Shown here in pieces: positions 25,636 through 32,000 of a DNA stretch of 32,000 nucleotides (the stretch's first letter is position 1; every line of letters begins with the position of its first letter). The stretch comes from Promethearchaeum syntrophicum (GTDB lineage: Archaea; Asgardarchaeota; Lokiarchaeia; Sigyniarchaeales; Promethearchaeaceae). Position numbers and translations under genes: made by a program. Below the pieces are notes generated by a model. The model did no database searches, was not told where the DNA came from, and was given only the letters and a program-made list of their open reading frames with translations. The stretch is from positions 4,200,001-4,232,000 of the forward strand of contig NZ_CP042905.2 of assembly GCF_008000775.2 (NCBI RefSeq), given 5' to 3'.

Positions 25636-28203
25636 ATGCAATACGGGGTTAATTTTTTTCAGAAATTAGTAGAAATTTGTAATGAATTAAGGACTGAATT
25701 GATTAAAATCCCCAAGGAACTGTTACAAGTAAAGATATTAGAAATTATCCCATTTCAAGACACAAAAGGACTGGAATGCGATGAATTTATAGAAATTTGC
25801 TGTCAAAATGTATGTTTATTAACAGTTTACAAAAAAATTTTTCCAGATTTAAATTTATCTGTCTCTAAAAGATTTTTAGAGCAATTTTGGAGCAAATTAT
25901 TTGCCAATAAAGAAAAAAAAGTTAATTTTTTTATCAAAAAATTAAATGTATTGCCGATTGAGAAAGTAAAAATCGATTTAACTCGATATGATTCAATATC
26001 CCAATTTATTCAAACTGTATATACTCAATTTATTAAAGAATATAACCCAAATCTTCAAAAAAAGCGAGGAATCACCTATACACCCCGTTTTATTATCCGA
26101 ACTATGATAGAATCGATTGATTCTATATTACAAAGTAATTTTAATGACTCTCTAGGAATTGCATCTAAAGATCTTATTTTATATGATCCTGCAACGGGTT
26201 CGTTATCATTTGAGATTGGGTTGATTTCATATGTATATGATCAAATTCGAACCAAAAATAAAGAAAAAGATATTAAATTTGAAGATTGGGTCTTTCAAAG
26301 TTTTAACAATTCATTCTTAGGTAATGAACTAAATCCACCGGCATATTTTCTTGGAAAATTCTTACTTTTTGACATTTTACACCAATTAAATAATTTATCT
26401 CAAAATTTGGGTAAAAATTTCAATGTATTTTTTAAATCTGCTCTTTCTCCAGACATATTAGAAGAATTTAAACATAAAAACCAAAAAACAAACAAACCAT
26501 TAGTTATTTTCGGTAATCCTCCCTATTCAGTTTCTAGTTCTAACAGAAATTCATGGATATATAAATTAATGAAAGAATATTCTGTTAAAGAACCTAATTT
26601 AACGCGCTTATATGATGACTACGTTAAGTTTTTGCGGTTAGGTCAATGGTTATTGGATCAGCAAAAAAGTGGGATACTGGCATTTATAACAAACAGGAAA
26701 TACTTAGATGGAAAAATTTTCTATGGAATGCGGCAATCAATGCTAAAATCGTTTGATACAATTCATATCATTGATCTTTTTGGAGATATACGGAATATAA
26801 AGGATTATGGCACGAAAACAAATACAAATATCTTTAATATTCAAACTGGAGTTTGTATTGGATTCTTTATTAAAAATATTGAGAAAAATGAAAGAGAGAT
26901 AAACAAAATAGCGCGAATTTTCTATATGGGGGTTAAAGGTTCAATTGACCAAATAAAAACACAATTGGTTAAACCATTTGAACAGCTTCCATTCATAGAA
27001 TTATCTCCGCATTCTCCAAAATTCTATTTTGTGCCAATCGAATTAGAAAATGATTTGACTGAAATTTGGAATAACCAATGCATTCCAATCACCGATTGTT
27101 TTCAAAAAACAAGCCGGGCAATGATAAGTTCGCGTGATAGATTTATGATTAATGTGGATAAAAAGCCGTTAGAGGAGAATATTGCTTTATTAAAAAACAA
27201 GGAATTTGCCACGTTAAGATTTAATGAAAGAATTGGGCAGAAATTTGATGAAATCTTGGAAAATGAAGATATTTTAGCATCTTTTAATTTTAATGAAATG
27301 GAATCTTCGATAATCCAGATAAATTATAGACCATTTGATATACGTCATGGGATATTTTATACAATTAATCGAAAATGTGGAAAATCCATTATATTGGATT
27401 ATTTAAATAAACCAAACCCAAATTTTAATTCACAAGATGTAATAAATAAGAATAATATTAGTTATAATAATTCTGGTTATGCATTTAATTTCGTTCAATC
27501 AATCCAACATCCCCCATTCAACCATTTTTTGTTCACTAAAGGAGTTGTCGATTCAGGATTATTTGGTTATTCAACTTCCAAAGTCGCACCCTTGTGGATT
27601 GATGGAAAATCAAATATTACTCCAAAATTTACTGACATTATTAAAGATATCATTCCTCAAACCGATCCTATTCAAATTTCTGGATATATCTATGCTATTT
27701 TAAACTGTGACCAATTTACAAAGATATTTGAACCTATTTTAATCCATGAATTCCCAAGAATATTAATCCCTTATAACTCAATATTTTTTGAAAGAATGTC
27801 TGTTTTGGGAAAAAAATTAATGCATCTTCATGTATTTGAATTCGATTCTATACAATGGGAGAAATACCGAATTTTCTATGAACAAATATCTTTCCTCCCA
27901 AAATCATTTCAATTGAAATCATGGAAATTTGAACCTGATAGGGATGAATTACATATAATTTCTGTAAAAAAAAAAGACTCATTGAAATTCCCTTGTTCTA
28001 ACCTAGAATGGAATTATAAAATTGGAAGCATAAAATTATTGGATCATTGGTTGAAAGCTCGAAAATTTAAGAAATTAGGAAGATCATTAAAACCAGATGA
28101 GTTGAGTAGATTGATAACTCTATTATTTGTGATTAAAGAATCTCTGCACATTAAAAAACAAATTGCTCAATTTTTCTCTAAAAATTGGAAGCATTTTAAT
28201 TGA
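25636..28203 (+). CDS. Type ISP-like DNA methyltransferase with C-terminal target recognition region, no helicase or nuclease domain
   Basis: RGITYTPRFIIRTMIESIDSILQ; LYDPATGSLSFEIGLISYVYDQI; VIFGNPPYSVSS; SGILAFITNRKYLDGKIFYGMRQSMLKSFDTIHIIDLFGD; QINYRPFDIRHGIFY; YAFNFVQSIQHPPFNHFLFTKGVVDSGLFGYSTSKVAPLWI. Confidence 0.85.
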   Translation: MQYGVNFFQKLVEICNELRTELIKIPKELLQVKILEIIPFQDTKGLECDEFIEICCQNVCLLTVYKKIFPDLNLSVSKRFLEQFWSKLFANKEKKVNFFIKKLNVLPIEKVKIDLTRYDSISQFIQTVYTQFIKEYNPNLQKKRGITYTPRFIIRTMIESIDSILQSNFNDSLGIASKDLILYDPATGSLSFEIGLISYVYDQIRTKNKEKDIKFEDWVFQSFNNSFLGNELNPPAYFLGKFLLFDILHQLNNLSQNLGKNFNVFFKSALSPDILEEFKHKNQKTNKPLVIFGNPPYSVSSSNRNSWIYKLMKEYSVKEPNLTRLYDDYVKFLRLGQWLLDQQKSGILAFITNRKYLDGKIFYGMRQSMLKSFDTIHIIDLFGDIRNIKDYGTKTNTNIFNIQTGVCIGFFIKNIEKNEREINKIARIFYMGVKGSIDQIKTQLVKPFEQLPFIELSPHSPKFYFVPIELENDLTEIWNNQCIPITDCFQKTSRAMISSRDRFMINVDKKPLEENIALLKNKEFATLRFNERIGQKFDEILENEDILASFNFNEMESSIIQINYRPFDIRHGIFYTINRKCGKSIILDYLNKPNPNFNSQDVINKNNISYNNSGYAFNFVQSIQHPPFNHFLFTKGVVDSGLFGYSTSKVAPLWIDGKSNITPKFTDIIKDIIPQTDPIQISGYIYAILNCDQFTKIFEPILIHEFPRILIPYNSIFFERMSVLGKKLMHLHVFEFDSIQWEKYRIFYEQISFLPKSFQLKSWKFEPDRDELHIISVKKKDSLKFPCSNLEWNYKIGSIKLLDHWLKARKFKKLGRSLKPDELSRLITLLFVIKESLHIKKQIAQFFSKNWKHFN

Positions 28204-28235
28204 ATTTGATTTAAATCTATTTGGAGTGATTTAAA

Positions 28236-28586
28236 ATGGAAGAAAATATATCTTTTTGCGGCATTAATTGCTTCTCATGCCCCGCTTATATTGCTAAAAG
28301 CACAAATAATAACGATCTGAGAATTAAAACAGCAAAAAAATGGTCTAGTATCGGTTTTGAAATAACCCCTGAACAAGTTAATTGTGATGGATGTAAAAAT
28401 ACTGATGGAATACTTCTTCTACATTGTAATGACTGTAAAGTTCGTAATTGTGCAATGCCTAAAGATATAATGACTTGTGCACAATGCCCGGACTATTCTT
28501 GTGAAAAACTCGAGAATTTATGGAAAGAAATTCAGACTACTGAAGGAAAGACAAATCTTGATAAGATAAAACAATCCTTTAATTAA
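28236..28586 (+). CDS. DUF3795-type cysteine-rich protein
   Basis: SFCGINCFSCPAYIAKSTNN...NCDGCKNTDG...HCNDCKVRNCAMPKDIMTCAQCPDYSCEKLENLW. Confidence 0.8.
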   Translation: MEENISFCGINCFSCPAYIAKSTNNNDLRIKTAKKWSSIGFEITPEQVNCDGCKNTDGILLLHCNDCKVRNCAMPKDIMTCAQCPDYSCEKLENLWKEIQTTEGKTNLDKIKQSFN

Positions 28587-29659
28587 GATACACTTTGAAA
28601 TTCTAATCCTAAATCCTCAGCATAACTAAAAACTTCTTGCATTTCTGCTATGGTGACTCTTCTATTGATTTCAGGATAGTGTTCTTGCGAAACAAGATAT
28701 GCAGGATGATATTGCCTCATAATATTCACTATAACTTCAGGAACATTCTCTGAAATCCATTTCAAGATAGGTTTTGAACAGCATTCTAGATGTCCCGGCA
28801 TAACTAAATGGCGAATAATTATATTTCTTGAACCATGTTCGTAAATGTAAGTAAAATTCCTTCTTAATACATCCCAATATGATTTAATTTTTGAATATTT
28901 CTCAGCGCATTCATTATTCCCGTATTTGAAATCGGGCAACCATAGATCAATCAAATCAGATAATAATTCAAGAGCAAGGAGAGAATTGTAGAAATTTGAA
29001 TTCCATAATTGGCAGACATTAGCCGTTTGAAATTTTAAAGATGAAATAATTGTATGCAAATTGGGAGTGGGGTCTCCGCCAACATAATTAATATTTTTAG
29101 CACCTCTATTATAGATGGTTGTAGCAAGATCGGCTAAATCTTTAGGGGTGACTTTTCGACCAGCTTTTTGTATTGGATAATTCTTTCCCGCTGTTGAAAT
29201 ATCTTCATTTTGGCAGAAAACACATTCAAATGAACATCCGCTAAAAAAAATCGTTCCTGAAGGAATTAAAGGTGGTTCTTCACCCATATGTAAAAAAGTT
29301 GATGAAATATAACTCTCATCGTATACTCCACAGAATCCATGTTGATTTGCTGTTCGATCGACATTGCATAAATTTTCACAAAATTCACACGATTTTAGTA
29401 ATCTTTGTGCTAGTTCAATTTTTAAATCCAAAAAGGAATTTCCTTCACATTTTTCAAAAATCGTTGGTGGAATAAGCATTTTGTTTTCTTCAAATTTTTG
29501 CTTCAATCTGGAATGAATGTCCCATAATTCATTGACATCTTGACTATGATTAAAAGCAGCAGGAATAGCTTTACATCGAAGATAATATGCTAATGTGGAG
29601 TTATGGAGTAATTGATAATAATGATTTAAACGGTTTTTCAATATTTGATTTGAAAACAT
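28583..29659 (-). CDS. Radical SAM protein, pyruvate-formate-lyase-activating-enzyme-like
   Basis: FFSGCSFECVFCQNEDIS (CxxxCxxC), YVGGDPTPNLHTII, upstream cysteines CEFCENLCNVDRTANQHGFCG, LWLPDFKYG, HLVMPGH. Confidence 0.88.
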   Translation of the reverse strand: MFSNQILKNRLNHYYQLLHNSTLAYYLRCKAIPAAFNHSQDVNELWDIHSRLKQKFEENKMLIPPTIFEKCEGNSFLDLKIELAQRLLKSCEFCENLCNVDRTANQHGFCGVYDESYISSTFLHMGEEPPLIPSGTIFFSGCSFECVFCQNEDISTAGKNYPIQKAGRKVTPKDLADLATTIYNRGAKNINYVGGDPTPNLHTIISSLKFQTANVCQLWNSNFYNSLLALELLSDLIDLWLPDFKYGNNECAEKYSKIKSYWDVLRRNFTYIYEHGSRNIIIRHLVMPGHLECCSKPILKWISENVPEVIVNIMRQYHPAYLVSQEHYPEINRRVTIAEMQEVFSYAEDLGLEFQSVS

Positions 29660-30573
29660 ATCTAGCTTCCTCCCTTTTACATCAAGATTTTTTTAGGATG
29701 TGATAACAAAAATCGGTCTACGTTAACTATATATAGAAAAAATGGGTATATATCTTAGCAGTTGGTAAAAAAATGCGAATCGAATACAACAAGCATGACT
29801 TGATATTTATGCTCCACTGTGCATCACGCACAACTATGGGGAATTTTAAAAATATTCTTCCCATAGCAATTAAGTGGTATTAAGTTGGATTGAATCGCAC
29901 TGAAAAAACCAATTTTATCCTAATTTTCTGTGATTTGCTCTTTGATTTTCTAGGAGCGATTCAAACCCACCATACCTTTAATTGCACACAGAGGAGTCTA
30001 AATTGAAAAAAAAATTCAAATCAATATTTGAAAACACTGGATTTTTTATAGTATTGTAGTAGCGAACGCTCTCTAATTTAATAATCAGTTTTAGAAATTA
30101 ACCGATTTTTGAATTTATAAGAAAACGACTACGTAAACTTTAAATACTAATATTTCCATGAATATTATAAGAGCTAAAAAATGATATTTTAGTTCACAAC
30201 TAACCTGCGAAAATAAAATTAAACTATGTTTAGATGAGTAGAATGATATCAAATCGAAATCTTATTAACCGTTTATTCGGAAAAAATATCGGTATGCATA
30301 CTTTATTGCCAATAACTTATTGGACAGTAAATGACGCAATGATTAAATGCCGATTTTTTAAGATTTAATTAAGATTTCGGTAAAAATATCATGAAATCGC
30401 TAAACCTGAAACAAATCCAAAACCAGTTTTAATAAATAACTGGGTATGGGTGCAGGGCTTCTTTTCCTCTGAAATTTTTACCGAGATTTTTCAAGATTAA
30501 ATTATTCAAATTGATCTAACAAATTTAAAAGAAAATCCAAAGGTTAAACCCATAATACAAAAAATCAACATAT

Positions 30574-31023
30574 GTGATGAGAAATCATCACCGGAGGAAA
30601 ATAATAATGATGTTATTCAAGGTGCAGAAATCCATCTCATTTATCCCATTTGATTATCCCGATCCATTGATGAGTGAAATATTTAAATATAAATATAAAA
30701 GTCAAGCGAACCACTGGGTTAATTCAAAAAAATCAGGGAATAGATTAGAATACCTAAATAAATTGGGTTATAAGATTCCTGTGCTGGAAAATAATGAAAA
30801 AAACATCAGATCATATATGACCTTTAATCGCAAATGGGATAAACCGCGATCGGTGCGGTTTCCTAGCCCAGACGATTATGATGAATTAAATCCTCATCTT
30901 AGTTCATTAAGTCAGATTCTAAAGCGTATAAATCTGGGAAGAAAGTATTCAGAACCAGGCCAAGGTCGTATAAGTATTAACTACAAAAAAATCAGGAGGG
31001 GATTACAGAAAGTAGCTAAATAG
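30574..31023 (+). CDS. Hypothetical basic protein
   Basis: 149-aa ORF with no recognised family; plausible start at the internal M (MMLFKVQKS..). Confidence 0.35.
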   Translation: MMRNHHRRKIIMMLFKVQKSISFIPFDYPDPLMSEIFKYKYKSQANHWVNSKKSGNRLEYLNKLGYKIPVLENNEKNIRSYMTFNRKWDKPRSVRFPSPDDYDELNPHLSSLSQILKRINLGRKYSEPGQGRISINYKKIRRGLQKVAK

Positions 31024-31211
31024 CAAAAAAATTAGTAGAAAAAGTCATATTTCCTTAATTTCAGAATCGAAACTAAAAAAATGGAGGTGTTTGTTAGAAA
31101 GATAAGAAAATAGAAGAAATAGAAAATATTAAAAAAAAATAACATAAAAAACTGGACCTATATTAACATTTGAAATGCAATTTCGCATTTCATTTTTTTT
31201 ATCCTTTTACA

Positions 31212-31649
31212 TTATTTCTGAGGTTCAAATCCGAGATCCCATCGATAAATAGGATTCCCTTCTTTATCTTCTCCAGTTTGAGTTTTTAGATAGGTAACTT
31301 GAACAGGCATATCAAAGGTAACTTCCTTGGGTTTGTCTTCTTCTACACCAATTAATTGGCCTGAAACAGAACAACCTTCATCCATTTGACAAACGGCAAA
31401 TATATAGGGTTTTTTACGGTTATATCCTTTCTGAGTCATCGCTTTTGCCCCTACATAAATCGAAGAGAAAGTTTTCAATATTCCTTTTCCTGAAAGTTCA
31501 ATCCATTCAGATTCTGATATACATTTTGAGCATAATCGACGAGGTGGTAAATCTATATTTCCACATTTAGGGCATTTTGAACCCATTAACTTCTTTTCAC
31601 GTAAGAAATTAAAATATTTATCCACAGTAACCATATTTTCTTCACTCAT
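31212..31649 (-). CDS. DUF35 OB-fold / rubredoxin-like zinc-ribbon acyl-CoA-associated protein
   Basis: KCPKCGNIDLPPRRLCSKC zinc ribbon; SGKGILKTFSSIYVGAKAM...PYIFAVCQMDEGCSVSGQLIG. MSEENMV start lies 1 bp past the thiolase stop. Confidence 0.9.
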   Translation of the reverse strand: MSEENMVTVDKYFNFLREKKLMGSKCPKCGNIDLPPRRLCSKCISESEWIELSGKGILKTFSSIYVGAKAMTQKGYNRKKPYIFAVCQMDEGCSVSGQLIGVEEDKPKEVTFDMPVQVTYLKTQTGEDKEGNPIYRWDLGFEPQK

Positions 31650-31650
31650 T

Positions 31651-32000
31651 TTAGATCTTCTCCTTAGTAAATATGTTAACAACTACAGTAGCACCACTAC
31701 CACCAACATTATGGGTCATTCCAATTTTTAAGTCTTTTTTAACTTGTCGATTTCGTTCAGCGATCCCACGCATTTGCTTAAATATTTCAACTATTTGTCC
31801 TACTCCAGTAGCACCTACAGGATGACCTTTGGTCTTCAAACCACCACTTGTATTAATTGGTCGAACTCCATCACGCTTAGTTTCCCCATTACCTATTGCT
31901 GCAGCGGCTTTTCCGGCTTCATAAAATCCAAGATCTTCTAGGGCTGCTAGTTCTGCAATGGTAAAACAATCGTGAACTTCTGCTATTTGAATATCTTTTG
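31651..32000 (-). CDS. Acetyl-CoA acetyltransferase / thiolase-like protein (C-terminal part, gene continues beyond the right edge)
   Basis: Manual translation ...[76 protein letters not shown]...[21 protein letters not shown]. The 'M' in the ORF track is an internal Leu codon (TTG). Confidence 0.92.
   Translation of the reverse strand, partial: KDIQIAEVHDCFTIAELAALEDLGFYEAGKAAAAIGNGETKRDGVRPINTSGGLKTKGHPVGATGVGQIVEIFKQMRGIAERNRQVKKDLKIGMTHNVGGSGATVVVNIFTKEKI

Noticed and set aside
27479-27703. 74-aa plus-strand ORF
   Set aside because: Out-of-frame ORF nested in the type ISP-like MTase gene.
29272-29475. 67-aa plus-strand ORF
   Set aside because: Antisense to the radical SAM gene.
29950-29985. 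Possible tRNA T-arm-like string (gattcaaacccacc)
   Set aside because: Flanking bases do not form a T-stem and no acceptor, D or anticodon arms could be assembled on either strand.
31744-31941. 65-aa plus-strand ORF
   Set aside because: Antisense to the thiolase gene that runs off the right edge.
1-32000. CRISPR array, cas genes, transposase, integrase or rRNA
   Set aside because: No regularly spaced direct repeats, terminal inverted repeats, recombinase-like proteins or rRNA-like stretches were recognised by eye.

Overview
Annotation was done by eye from the sequence and the supplied ORF track; no database searches were run. The window looks like chromosomal DNA from an Asgard/Lokiarchaeota-type archaeon. 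This is an inference from a ubiquitin-like protein with a C-terminal GG, a Ras-like but motif-degenerate GTPase fold, a RIO1-type kinase, an Alba-like protein, archaeal-type thiolase/DUF35 coupling, AT-rich DNA, GGTG-type RBSs and TTG/GTG starts. Main modules, left to right: (i) B12-binding TIM-barrel mutase-like protein plus opine/octopine-dehydrogenase-like enzyme (881-3734); (ii) a head-to-head pair of DNA methyltransferases with no recognisable nuclease (4782-9073); (iii) a secreted, membrane-anchored kelch protein (9238-10458); (iv) a minus-strand cluster of DUF134, three NifX/NifB-like proteins and two ferredoxin-containing MinD-type ATPases (10554-14366); (v) a secreted caspase-like peptidase (14606-15490); (vi) a plus-strand cluster encoding a pseudo-GTPase/zinc-ribbon protein, a Gfo/Idh/MocA oxidoreductase, a small longin/roadblock-like protein and a ubiquitin-like protein, followed by a RIO1-like kinase (15595-20272); (vii) polytopic membrane proteins, one resembling a degenerate OppB permease, and an Alba-like protein (20337-23107); (viii) a second head-to-head methyltransferase pair, one member of type ISP-like architecture, with only 33 bp between starts (23233-28203); (ix) DUF3795 and radical SAM proteins; (x) thiolase/DUF35 at the right edge. 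The best candidates for something undescribed are the pseudo-GTPase with zinc ribbon beside the UBL (vi) and the two divergent methyltransferase pairs (ii, viii).
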